The position numbers and the translations under genes were made by a program. Below the pieces are notes generated by a model. The model saw only the letters and a list, made by a program, of their open reading frames with translations. It made no database searches and was not told the DNA's origin. From contig JBAWWL010000001.1 in the NCBI GenBank assembly GCA_037146775.1, positions 197,464 through 261,463 of the forward strand: a stretch of 64,000 nucleotides of DNA. The letters run 5' to 3'. Shown here piece by piece: positions 47,773 through 57,383 of this stretch. The number at the start of each line of letters is the position of its first letter. The first letter of the stretch is position 1. Source of the DNA: Candidatus Omnitrophota bacterium. GTDB lineage: Bacteria; Omnitrophota; Gorgyraeia; Duberdicusellales; 4484-171.

Positions 47773-48162
47773 ATGAGGAATCGTGAGCGTAGAAGTACCT
47801 ATCTTATTTATCTTGCGGTAATTATTCTTGGATTATTTGGTGGCATGGCTTTTGGGTATGTGCAGAAGATGTTGCCGGTAATGCGTATGCGCTACGAAGG
47901 AACGCGAGGCGCAAGGAGAGGAGCAGGACAAGATGCTATTGACGATACGGCATCAACGGCCAGAGGCAGACAGGCGGCGAGTGCTGGCAGGCGGGGCGGC
48001 GGCAGCAGGGGTGCCGGCGGTGATGCCAGTATGGGGTTTGTCGATAATGTAATATACAAGCTCTACGAAGACGTAAAAGACATTAAAGATTCTTGGGGGA
48101 AATACACCGAAAATAGCCTGGAGTTGGAACGTGACAGAATGATGAGAGAGAAGCTTCGCTAA
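47773..48162 (+). CDS. Single-TM hypothetical protein, paralogous to the C-terminal half of the upstream receiver protein
   Basis: TM with GLFGGMAFGY, Gly/Arg-rich linker, KYTENSLELERD motif; RBS GGAG. Confidence 0.7.
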   Translation: MRNRERRSTYLIYLAVIILGLFGGMAFGYVQKMLPVMRMRYEGTRGARRGAGQDAIDDTASTARGRQAASAGRRGGGSRGAGGDASMGFVDNVIYKLYEDVKDIKDSWGKYTENSLELERDRMMREKLR

Positions 48163-48201
48163 CCGTAAACGGGTGCAGAGAGTGCATAAAAAAGATATTC
48201 T

Positions 48202-50265
48202 ATGAAAGAACAGGAAATACTTGAATTGATTCATACGGGGGCCGGACAAGGGATCGAATTGGTAAATACCGAGCCGGTGAGTGAAAGCGATAAAAAACAT
48301 ATGGCGCATGTCATGGTTTCTTTTGCCAACACCAACGATGGCACTATCTTGGTGGGTGTTGACAAAATGACCAAGAATATTATAGGCCTTGGCGACCACG
48401 AGCATTTTGTGCACTTAATTACGGAAATTAATAAAACGTATTGTAACCCTTTGGTGCTTTTTGAGGCTGAAGTGGGATATCTGGCTGAAAGTGTTGTGGG
48501 CATTGTCAGGGTAAGCCATGGCAGCGAACGTCCTTACTATGCACAAGGTGATTGTTACGTACGTAGAGGCCGAGAGGCACACATAGCGAGTCATAGCGAA
48601 GTACAATCTTTGTATCAGAAGCATACTATTTTTAAAAAAGAAAAAGGTGATGGTTGGCCGGTTGAAGCTGCTACCTACCAGGATTTAGATACAAACAAAA
48701 TTGAGAATTATGTTGCAAAGCGAAACGAAAAATTCGGCCATAATTTTGAAGGAACGAGAGAGAAGCTATTGAAAGACATAGGAATTTTGGTAGATGTCCA
48801 GGGTAGTTTGGTGCCTTCTGCCGGCGGTATATTGATGTTTGGCAGATCTCCTCAGCATTTTCTTGTCTCGAGCGGTGTGCGCATGGCAAAATTTCAAGGA
48901 AAAACAACAGGTAATCTTATTATTGATCAAAAGGAAGCCAGAGGAACTATCCCGGAGATGATCGAAGATGCTGCCCGATTCGTTATCAAGCATATTAGCG
49001 CGGGCGCAAAAATTGAGGGTTTGCAGCACGATGATATTATGGAATATCCCTTGGTGGCCGTACGAGAAGCTATCACTAATGCGATTGTGCACCGAGATTA
49101 TGCTATCGATGGTTCGCAGGTACGGATTTTTCTGTTTGACGATCGTATTGAAATATATACACCGGGCGGGCTCGCAACGGGCGTAACGGTAGAGAATATT
49201 GAATATACACAGCATTCCAGAAACCGTATTATTGCGGAAGCCTTGCTTTGTACGGGGGGTTACATTGAAAAGCTAGGGACCGGCATACGCAGAATTAAAC
49301 TTGTTTTAAAGCAGGCAGGTTTACGTGATGCGAGGCTTTTTGACACCGGTGCCGATTTTGTGCTTATTTTATTTGGTCCTCTCGATAAAACGTGGCAAGT
49401 TAAGCAGCAAGAACGAGTTAATAGATTACAGGACCTATCTGGTCCGGCCAAAACGCCGCAGGAAATTGGTCCGCTTGCCAAAGAAAGAAGCTATAAGCTG
49501 TTTAGCCAGCATGGGCATCGAGCATCTTCTGCTCCAGTTGGGGAAAAAATGGTTCAACTGGCTAAACGTATGCTGAAGTTGAGAAAAATTTTCATGACAG
49601 CAGTGGCCGTTTTTATTGTATTTATTCTCTTCATCGGCGTACTTTATGTCCGTATCAAGAGAAGAAAAGACCCTGTTTTCCAGTATGAAAAGGCAGCGAC
49701 ATGGCATAATCGCAAGGAATATCGAAGGGCGATAGGGGCATATGCTAATTTTATCGATAAGTTTCCCGATAGTGATAAGGCTGCGGATGCGCAATATTAT
49801 ATTGCAGGGTGTCTTGAATTTATCGGAGAAGAAATAAACGCCCTTAACGCTTACGATGAATTGGTCCGGCGCTATCCGAATAGCCGGTGGGTTATCTATG
49901 CGTATTATTGGCGTGCAGCTATCTATGCGCGGTTAGGAGAATACGAAAAAGCCCAGGGCGAATACCAGAGAATACTGCAAGAGTACACGAATCATCCGCT
50001 TACTCCCTTTGTAATGCGGGAATTAGCTATGATGTATCAGAAGCAAAGTAAATGGAAAGAAGCTATTGGGTTGTATGACAAAATACTGGACATGAGGGGA
50101 TTCTCCAGTGACGGTTATGAGCATTATCAGATGGGACTTTGTTATATAGAGCTGGGACAGAAAGATAAAGCGCGTCAAATGTTTCAGCGCGTTGTTGTTA
50201 ATGAGAAGGCTAACCCGGATATCGTGAAAGAAGCGAAAGGCCAGATAGAAAAACTATCACGCTAG
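48202..50265 (+). CDS. AlbA_2/Schlafen-like + HATPase_c_4 + TM + TPR fusion protein
   Basis: SFANT..GTILVGVD and YVRRG (AlbA_2); REAITNAIVHRDY, DRIEI..PGGL, IEKLGTGI (HATPase_c_4); TM near aa 463-485; BamD/YbgF-like TPRs (FPDS..A..AQY). Confidence 0.82.
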   Translation: MKEQEILELIHTGAGQGIELVNTEPVSESDKKHMAHVMVSFANTNDGTILVGVDKMTKNIIGLGDHEHFVHLITEINKTYCNPLVLFEAEVGYLAESVVGIVRVSHGSERPYYAQGDCYVRRGREAHIASHSEVQSLYQKHTIFKKEKGDGWPVEAATYQDLDTNKIENYVAKRNEKFGHNFEGTREKLLKDIGILVDVQGSLVPSAGGILMFGRSPQHFLVSSGVRMAKFQGKTTGNLIIDQKEARGTIPEMIEDAARFVIKHISAGAKIEGLQHDDIMEYPLVAVREAITNAIVHRDYAIDGSQVRIFLFDDRIEIYTPGGLATGVTVENIEYTQHSRNRIIAEALLCTGGYIEKLGTGIRRIKLVLKQAGLRDARLFDTGADFVLILFGPLDKTWQVKQQERVNRLQDLSGPAKTPQEIGPLAKERSYKLFSQHGHRASSAPVGEKMVQLAKRMLKLRKIFMTAVAVFIVFILFIGVLYVRIKRRKDPVFQYEKAATWHNRKEYRRAIGAYANFIDKFPDSDKAADAQYYIAGCLEFIGEEINALNAYDELVRRYPNSRWVIYAYYWRAAIYARLGEYEKAQGEYQRILQEYTNHPLTPFVMRELAMMYQKQSKWKEAIGLYDKILDMRGFSSDGYEHYQMGLCYIELGQKDKARQMFQRVVVNEKANPDIVKEAKGQIEKLSR

Positions 50266-50274
50266 GAGAAAATA

Positions 50275-51678
50275 ATGCAGCAGACGACAGAGCGCGAGAT
50301 AACATTACAGGATTATATTGAAATTCTCAAGAAAAGAAAATTTGTTATCTTTTTATCTGTGGCGATTGTCACTATATCCAGTATCCTGTTTGTTCCTTCA
50401 ACGCCATCGTTTTATAAGGCCACAGCCCTTATCATTGTTGAGGGTTCTCCTTACAATATCGAACTGATGAAGTCGATAAAAAATTTTGTGAAAACTACTG
50501 TTTTGGCCGAAGAAGTGCTGCGTTATATGGAATTTGAGGAAGCCAAGGAGTTGAAGAAGGAAGGAGAATTTTCTAAGAAGTCATTACGCGGCATAACGCC
50601 GGCGGCATTACAGAATTTCTTGCTCGTGGAAAACGAAGAGGGCACGGATGTTATTAAAATTAATGCGTTGTCGAACGACGGTAAGACTTCCATGAATCTT
50701 GCCAACACCGTAGCGAATGTGGTGGTTGAACAGAGCGTCAAAGGCATGGCTGGTGGAACACAGGCTTCGCTAAAGTATGTGGAAAGACAAATTGAGCTTT
50801 TAAGCAAGAAAATGGATGAGATCAAGAGAACAATGACGGGCATTTCTTCAGGCACAAAAGAAGGGGAAAGTGTAGCTCCCGCAGAGGCGCGCGAATTCGA
50901 TAAATTGCAGCAAGATTATATCAATGCAAAGCTTGCGCGGCAAATGGCAGAGGCTCAGCTGAAGGTAATGGAAGACAGGCGCGGCGACAGAAGCAAGGGT
51001 GACAGCTTAGCCACGTTTTTCGCGCAGTCCCCGGAATTGCGCAAACTGCAGGAAGAATTGGTAACGTTTGAAGAAAAGCGCAAGGTGCTTTTAGTGCAGT
51101 TTACGGAAGAGCATCCCAAGGTGGTAGAATTACAATTAGAGATAGACCGGACCAGAGAAGCCATTGACAAGGAGATCCGTCAGCCCCTCAATGACCTAAA
51201 AGCACAAATTGCCGAATATAAAGAAAAAGAAGATACGTTGCGAAAGGTTATGGAAACGCGTTTCCCGCTTGTTACCGAGCAAAATAAGGACCAGCCTGTT
51301 GTCGACGAGGCGGCTGCGAGCGAGGATGTGCGCATAAGGCAGTTGTCGCGAGAGTTGAATTTGGACGAAAAAACATACAATGCATTATTGGATGAACGCG
51401 AAAAACTGCGGCTCGACGCTTTATTGAATGCCGCCAAGGTACGTGTGCTGCGGCCGGCTAGCGAGCCGGATAAACCCGAAAAGCCCGAGGGCCCGCCGCC
51501 GATTTTGATCGCTCTTTCGTTGGGGTTGGTCCTTGGCTTAAGTGCCGCATTTTTACAGGAAAATGTCGATACGTCGCTGAAAACTCTCGATGATGTCGAA
51601 TATTATTTGAATTTACCTATTATCGGAGTCGTTCCTTTTATCCGTGCGGATAAAAGGCGGCCAAGAAGAGGGGAGTAG
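50275..51678 (+). CDS. Wzz/GumC-type co-polymerase (membrane half of a split Wzc)
   Basis: EITLQDYI.IL.KRK, FTEEHPKV, C-terminal TM, DTSLKT.DDVE..LNLPIIG. Confidence 0.88.
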   Translation: MQQTTEREITLQDYIEILKKRKFVIFLSVAIVTISSILFVPSTPSFYKATALIIVEGSPYNIELMKSIKNFVKTTVLAEEVLRYMEFEEAKELKKEGEFSKKSLRGITPAALQNFLLVENEEGTDVIKINALSNDGKTSMNLANTVANVVVEQSVKGMAGGTQASLKYVERQIELLSKKMDEIKRTMTGISSGTKEGESVAPAEAREFDKLQQDYINAKLARQMAEAQLKVMEDRRGDRSKGDSLATFFAQSPELRKLQEELVTFEEKRKVLLVQFTEEHPKVVELQLEIDRTREAIDKEIRQPLNDLKAQIAEYKEKEDTLRKVMETRFPLVTEQNKDQPVVDEAAASEDVRIRQLSRELNLDEKTYNALLDEREKLRLDALLNAAKVRVLRPASEPDKPEKPEGPPPILIALSLGLVLGLSAAFLQENVDTSLKTLDDVEYYLNLPIIGVVPFIRADKRRPRRGE

Positions 51679-51689
51679 GCGCTGGTGTT

Positions 51690-52409
51690 ATGATGGACGA
51701 ACAGAGAGATATATTCGCGGCGTTTGACCAACGGGTTATTATCAAGCTTGACCCCCGTTCTCCCGAGGCGGAGTCGTATCGGTCTTTACGTACCAACATT
51801 TTAAGCACCAATATTGAACGTCCTCCTCAGATAGTTATGTTAACGAGCGCTCACCCGGAAGAAGGCAAAAGTATTACATGCGTTAACCTTTCCGTTGTTA
51901 TGGCGGAAATAGGAAAGAAAACATTGCTGGTTGACTGTGATTTGCGGCGGCCTTCCGTGCACACGGCATTAGGTATCGATAAAAGCCACGGATTAAGCGA
52001 GGTGTTGTATGGTGCTCAGGACTGGGACAAAGTTCTAAAAAATGTGGGAATTGATAATTTACATGTTATTACCAGCGGCGCGATACCTCATAATCCTTCG
52101 GAGATTATTGGTTCTGACAAAATGCGGTTATTTTTAGAAGAGGTTCGTAATGTTTTTGATGTCATCATACTGGATGTTCCTTGTATCTTGGCAGTGACCG
52201 ATTCGTTGATTTTGACAGCGCTGGTCGATGCTATATTCATGGTGGTTATGGCGGAAAAGACTCCTCGACAGGCGGTATTGAGGGCGTTGAGTATGCTTCG
52301 AGATGTCAAAGGGAACGTTCTCGGCGTTATTTTTAATAAAGTTAATTTAGTGCGAAGCCACTATTATTACTACTATTATTATGGGTCGCGTAGAAGAAAA
52401 ACGAAGTAA
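51690..52409 (+). CDS. CpsD/CapB-family tyrosine kinase
   Basis: ESYRSLRTN, PEEGKS, VDCDLRRP, ILDVP, C-terminal YYYYYYY cluster. Confidence 0.93.
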   Translation: MMDEQRDIFAAFDQRVIIKLDPRSPEAESYRSLRTNILSTNIERPPQIVMLTSAHPEEGKSITCVNLSVVMAEIGKKTLLVDCDLRRPSVHTALGIDKSHGLSEVLYGAQDWDKVLKNVGIDNLHVITSGAIPHNPSEIIGSDKMRLFLEEVRNVFDVIILDVPCILAVTDSLILTALVDAIFMVVMAEKTPRQAVLRALSMLRDVKGNVLGVIFNKVNLVRSHYYYYYYYGSRRRKTK

Positions 52410-53202
52410 TAGTTTATTTGAGGCGCTTACCGAAGTAGTTCGCTACAGAGAATTACTGCTCAGTTTGGGTACGCGGGAGATAAAGGCCCGCTATAAACAG
52501 ACATTCTTCGGTATTATGTGGTCAATCTTCCCCGCGCTTGCCACTATGCTTATTTTCACTTTTATCAATAAGCTGAAAATAATCGATATTGAATCGGGAT
52601 CTATTCCTTACCCTGTTTTTGCATACTGTGGCCTCCTGCCGTGGACGTTCTTTGCCAACGCATTAACCGGCGCCACCACTAGCCTGGTGAGTTATTCCGA
52701 CATCATTAATAAAATATATTTTCCACGAGAAATCATTCCTTTTTCTATTATCGTATCAAAACTGATAGACTTGTTCATTGGCTTTGTTATTTTTGTTCTG
52801 CTCGCGCTTTATTATCAGGTAAAATTACCCGTGACGATTGTGGCTTTACCGTTTATCGTGCTGCTTCAGGTGATTTTTGTTGCGGGGTTCTCTCTGTTAT
52901 TTTCTATGGCAAACCTTTTTTATCATGATGTGAGTTATATTGTCACGGTCTCGATTCCTCTTATGATGTTTGTTACTCCGGTGGTATATCCGATAAAAGT
53001 GAATTCTTTGCAGTGGTATCAAGCTTTAACGATCTTTAATCCCATGGTCCCTATTACCGACGCATATCGGGATGTCTTATTGTTTGGGCGCTGGCCCAAC
53101 ATGCAGGCCCTTTCCATACCGATTTGTTTGTGTGTGGTGCTTTTCATTGCGGGATTAATCTTATTTCACAAGACAGAGCATTTGTTTGCGGAAAATATCT
53201 GA
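52381..53202 (+). CDS. wzm: ABC-2 polysaccharide exporter permease Wzm
   Basis: REIKARYKQT.FG..W, PYPVF, KIYFPRE, TPVVYP, NPM. Confidence 0.92.
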   Translation: MGRVEEKRSNSLFEALTEVVRYRELLLSLGTREIKARYKQTFFGIMWSIFPALATMLIFTFINKLKIIDIESGSIPYPVFAYCGLLPWTFFANALTGATTSLVSYSDIINKIYFPREIIPFSIIVSKLIDLFIGFVIFVLLALYYQVKLPVTIVALPFIVLLQVIFVAGFSLLFSMANLFYHDVSYIVTVSIPLMMFVTPVVYPIKVNSLQWYQALTIFNPMVPITDAYRDVLLFGRWPNMQALSIPICLCVVLFIAGLILFHKTEHLFAENI

Positions 53203-53269
53203 TTGTCTTCTGCCGCCAACATAATACGTGCGGGTGATTTATAATTGCCTATAAAATATAGGATGGTTT

Positions 53270-54529
53270 ATGAGTAGTTCCTCTACGCAATACGGCGTCG
53301 AAGCGCATAAAGTTTGGAAGCGGTTCCATCGCGGCGAGCGCCCCACTCTTCTTAGCGATGTCATCCCTTATTTTTTCCGTCGTTTGAGACATAAAGAAAG
53401 CCCTATTTCCAGCAAAACGTTTTGGGTGCTGAAGGATGTTTCATTCCAAGTTAAGAAAGGTGAATTTTTGGGAATTGTCGGTCACAATGGCGCCGGGAAA
53501 ACCACCCTTCTTAAGCTTCTTGCGGGAATTATGAAGCCCAGCAGAGGAAGCATGAAGGTGAATGGCAGGGTTTCGTCTTTGATCATCGCCGGAGCGGGAT
53601 TCCACCCGCTTTTTACCGGCCGGGAGAACATCTATTTGAATGCTTCAATCATGGGTATGCGCAAGCGCGAAGTTGACAAAAAGATTGATTCAATCATTGA
53701 ATTTGCGGCATATGGCCTGCCGGAATACAAGAAATTTCTTGATACCCCCCTTAAACAATATTCGTCGGGAATGCTGGTTCGTCTGGGCTTTGCGATCGCC
53801 GCGCATGTTGAGCCGGAGGTTTTGTTGGTGGATGAAATATTGGCGGTGGGCGACATTGGTTTCCAGCAAAAATGTCTTGAATATATGAATAACTTAAAAA
53901 AGAAAGAAACAACCGTGGTTATGGTTTCTCACAACATGATTCATATCGCGAATTACTCTGACCGGGTGATCTTACTGGATGAAGGCGGTGTGGTATTGGA
54001 GGGGGAACCGGCCAACGTGGTTGGTGTTTTTGAGCGTGAAATGGCTAAAAAAATGAATTGGGTGGGTGTGGGCAATGTACCGGCTAACTTACCTAAGGGT
54101 TGGGCGTCCTTGCAAAACGTGCAGTTTGTTGCAGCTCAGCGCATTGAAAATGCTTTATACTTTGATTATGGTTGTCCGATTGTAACACGGTTCGATTATA
54201 ACTGTCTTTTACATCCGCTTGACGATATTACTTTTTCATTGAGCGTATACAGAATAGCCGATGGTTATAAATGCTTTACCATTTTTTCACATATGTATGG
54301 TTGTTCTCCGCAGATAAAAGAGGGCCGCATCGAATTGACGGTCGCCTCTCATAATCTGTTACCTGGCGAATACGTATTTGACGTAGAAATACAGAGCCTG
54401 CGCAGCGGTATTGTGTTGGCTGTTCACCGCGAACGCAAAGTGATTGTGGGAAACACCCCTCATTACCTGAGTCAACAGGCACATGGCGTGTACCAACCGG
54501 CGAATATCGCTTGGAGCGCTATTCCTTAA
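53270..54529 (+). CDS. wzt: Polysaccharide ABC exporter ATPase Wzt with C-terminal (Wzt_C-like) domain
   Basis: GHNGAGKTT, TGRENIY, YSSGM..RL.FA, VDEILAVGD, LLPGEY in C-terminal extension. Confidence 0.92.
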   Translation: MSSSSTQYGVEAHKVWKRFHRGERPTLLSDVIPYFFRRLRHKESPISSKTFWVLKDVSFQVKKGEFLGIVGHNGAGKTTLLKLLAGIMKPSRGSMKVNGRVSSLIIAGAGFHPLFTGRENIYLNASIMGMRKREVDKKIDSIIEFAAYGLPEYKKFLDTPLKQYSSGMLVRLGFAIAAHVEPEVLLVDEILAVGDIGFQQKCLEYMNNLKKKETTVVMVSHNMIHIANYSDRVILLDEGGVVLEGEPANVVGVFEREMAKKMNWVGVGNVPANLPKGWASLQNVQFVAAQRIENALYFDYGCPIVTRFDYNCLLHPLDDITFSLSVYRIADGYKCFTIFSHMYGCSPQIKEGRIELTVASHNLLPGEYVFDVEIQSLRSGIVLAVHRERKVIVGNTPHYLSQQAHGVYQPANIAWSAIP

Positions 54530-54535
54530 TGAAAC

Positions 54536-55471
54536 ATGCGACGCATGAACGATATTCGAAGTTGCCTGGATAATATGACTCCGCAGTCCGCGAGCAAAGA
54601 CGCTATAACTATAGTAAGCATTAGCAATAACGCGTACAGTGTTTTTACTGCAGTGATGCTTAAGTCTTTGCTGATGCATCATTTGGATAGCGAGCGTATT
54701 GAGTTATACCTGTTGAGCTTGGATGTTACGGCGTCAAACAAGAAAAAGTTAACCGAAGCAATTCGTTCAGATAAGTTGCGCATCCATTGGGTGGATATTG
54801 ATACTAAGCTATTGCAGGAATTGGGTATCCTTGAGGTTTATGCAAAGCGTTCGGTATGTTATTACAAAGTTCTTATTCCGTACGTGGTGTCTTCGGATGT
54901 TACCAAGGCTATTTATTTAGATTCGGATATTATCGTACGCGATGATATTAGTAAATTGTGGCATACCGATATGGCACATGCACCGCTTGCTGCCATCCGT
55001 GATTCGCGGATACGGAATGCCCGTGAAGGTATTCGAAACTGGGAAAAGCTTGGCATTTGTCCCGATGTCGGATACTTTAACGCCGGGGTGTTAGTGGTAA
55101 ATCTAGCGTATTGGCGCCAGCATGATATCCGGAAGATGGTCTTGGCATGCGTTGAAAAAAATATGCCTTATCTTTGGCAAGAAGAACAATATGTATTTAA
55201 TGTACTTTTCTCCGGTCAGTGGAAAGAGCTCGATGGCCGGTGGAATCAATTTCCGGAAATACAGGGACAACAGCCATTTTTGTTCCATTTTAGCGGACAT
55301 GATGCTAAAGCTTTAGGCGGAACCATTCCCGGTTTATTTTTCAGATATGCCGCTTTTACCAGGTGGGGGAGATGGGGTTCGGTAAAAGATGAAGTTATGC
55401 GTCGTGCCTTGATACGTCATATCAAAGTATGTATGGTAAAACTTTTGAAATTATTGAGATTGAGGAAGTAA
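54536..55471 (+). CDS. Glycosyltransferase family 8
   Basis: IYLDSDIIV, YFNAGVLVVNL..WR, RWN, HFSG. Confidence 0.9.
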   Translation: MRRMNDIRSCLDNMTPQSASKDAITIVSISNNAYSVFTAVMLKSLLMHHLDSERIELYLLSLDVTASNKKKLTEAIRSDKLRIHWVDIDTKLLQELGILEVYAKRSVCYYKVLIPYVVSSDVTKAIYLDSDIIVRDDISKLWHTDMAHAPLAAIRDSRIRNAREGIRNWEKLGICPDVGYFNAGVLVVNLAYWRQHDIRKMVLACVEKNMPYLWQEEQYVFNVLFSGQWKELDGRWNQFPEIQGQQPFLFHFSGHDAKALGGTIPGLFFRYAAFTRWGRWGSVKDEVMRRALIRHIKVCMVKLLKLLRLRK

Positions 55472-55529
55472 ATAAGATATTTTCTGGATATATCTTTTGA
55501 GATGATACGCTGAATAAGGAGGGGGCGTT

Positions 55530-56684
55530 GTGAAAAAAAGAAAAAAATTTTTGGTGTTCGGTCAGCCTAAAATTGAAAATGCCGAGATTAAAGAAGTGGT
55601 GAAAACCCTGAAGTCGGGATGGCTGGGCACCGGCCCTAAAGTGAACAAATTTGAGGAAATGTTTCTTCGTTACAAAGGCGCGCGTAACGCTGTTGCGCTT
55701 AACTCTTGTACGTCAGCATTGCGCCTGGCGATGTGCGTGTTGGGTATCGAGCCTGGCGATGAGGTAATTGTGCCGACCATGACATTTGCCGCTACTGCCA
55801 ATGCGGTTATTCATGCCGGGGGTAAACCTGTTTTTGTGGATTGTGAAAAAACCACCATGAATATTGATATTGAAGATATCGAGCGGAAAATTTCTCCTAA
55901 AACAAAAGTAATTATACCAGTGCATTTTGCCGGCAGGCCTTGTAATATGAAAGCGATTATGGATATTGCCAGAAAGTATAACTTGAGAGTCGTAGAAGAT
56001 TGCGCTCACGCCATTGAAAGTGAGTACCATGGTAAAAAAGTCGGAACCTTCGGCGACTTGGGATGTTTTAGTTTTTATGTAACAAAGAATATTGTTACCG
56101 GAGAAGGAGGAATGGTTATTACCGATAAAGATGAATTTGCCGATAAAATTAAAATTTTAGCGCTTCATGGGTTAAGCAAGGATGCATGGAAGCGATTTAG
56201 CGATACCGGCTATAAACATTATCAGGTTATTTATTTGGGGTTTAAATATAACATGATGGATATCCAGGCTGCAATTGGTATCCATCAACTCAAGCGTATC
56301 GATCGTTATTGGAAAATACGGCAGGCGATATGGAAGCGGTATAATGAAGCGTTTGCGGATTTGCCGGTATTTCTTCCTGCTCTAGTAGAGCCGGGCACGC
56401 GTCACGCGTACCATTTGTATACCCTTCTGCTGGATATAAACCGTTTATCTTTGACTAGGGATAAGTTTTTAGACGAGATAACAAAGCGTAATATCGGCGT
56501 TGGCGTTCATTATATTGCGCTACATCTGCACCCTTATTACAGAGAGCGTTACGGGTATAGAAATGGCGATTTTCCTAATGCGGAATGGGTTTCAGAAAGA
56601 ACCGTAAGTATTCCTATCTCGGCAAGATTAACCAACACCGACGTGAATGATGTGATTGATGCGGTGAGTGATATATTACAATAG
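55530..56684 (+). CDS. DegT/DnrJ/EryC1/StrS family sugar aminotransferase
   Basis: SGWLGTGP, NSCTSAL, PVHFAG, EDCAHA, SFYVTKNIVTGEGG. Confidence 0.95.
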   Translation: MKKRKKFLVFGQPKIENAEIKEVVKTLKSGWLGTGPKVNKFEEMFLRYKGARNAVALNSCTSALRLAMCVLGIEPGDEVIVPTMTFAATANAVIHAGGKPVFVDCEKTTMNIDIEDIERKISPKTKVIIPVHFAGRPCNMKAIMDIARKYNLRVVEDCAHAIESEYHGKKVGTFGDLGCFSFYVTKNIVTGEGGMVITDKDEFADKIKILALHGLSKDAWKRFSDTGYKHYQVIYLGFKYNMMDIQAAIGIHQLKRIDRYWKIRQAIWKRYNEAFADLPVFLPALVEPGTRHAYHLYTLLLDINRLSLTRDKFLDEITKRNIGVGVHYIALHLHPYYRERYGYRNGDFPNAEWVSERTVSIPISARLTNTDVNDVIDAVSDILQ

Positions 56685-56687
56685 CAC

Positions 56688-57383
56688 ATGGGATGTATAA
56701 CCAAGGTTTTATCTGACATTGCAAAGTTTTTATTTAGAAACAACAACGCTACTGCTTTGGCTTATTGGCAAAAACGAGCAAAACATGGCGGATTTTGGGC
56801 AGCGTTAAATTCAGGCTATTCTTTGCAAGATTTCGCTGTTATTACTCAAACACAGAAAGATATACTGTTTCCGTTTTTAAAACAACATTTACGCGGCAGC
56901 GAAAAACTAGTACTTGATTTTGGTTGTGGGCCGGGTAGATTTAGTGCAGATCTTGCTCGTTTAACAATGGCGAAAGTTGTTGCCGTTGATCCTGTCAAAC
57001 ATTTTCTTCGTATAGCCCCCAAAGATAAGCACGTCGTGTACAAATGTATGCAAGCAGGACATATCCCGTTATCAGGAGCTTGCGTTGATATTGTGTGGGT
57101 ATGCCTTGTCTTGGGCGGTATAATGGATGAAATTGTCTTACACAATACTATTTCAGAAATGCATAGAGCGCTAAAAGGCGGAGGTCTTATATTTTTAGTC
57201 GAGAATACAACCGAAAAACAAGAGTGTGATCATTGGAAATATAGGCCAGTAAGGGTTTATCAGGAGCTTTTTAGCTTTGCGCAATTACGGTCCGTGGGTG
57301 AGTATAATGAGTTAGGGGAGCGTATCTCGATCATGGTAGGCAGAAAAACAGAAGACATGAGATCAGAAAATTTCAAAAAATGA
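56688..57383 (+). CDS. Class I SAM-dependent methyltransferase
   Basis: VLDFGCGPGRF, VDP, RALKGGG. Confidence 0.85.
   Translation: MGCITKVLSDIAKFLFRNNNATALAYWQKRAKHGGFWAALNSGYSLQDFAVITQTQKDILFPFLKQHLRGSEKLVLDFGCGPGRFSADLARLTMAKVVAVDPVKHFLRIAPKDKHVVYKCMQAGHIPLSGACVDIVWVCLVLGGIMDEIVLHNTISEMHRALKGGGLIFLVENTTEKQECDHWKYRPVRVYQELFSFAQLRSVGEYNELGERISIMVGRKTEDMRSENFKK

Noticed and set aside
48202-50265. RecG helicase annotation
   Set aside because: No helicase Walker or DExH motifs; HATPase_c_4 proteins are commonly mislabelled RecG
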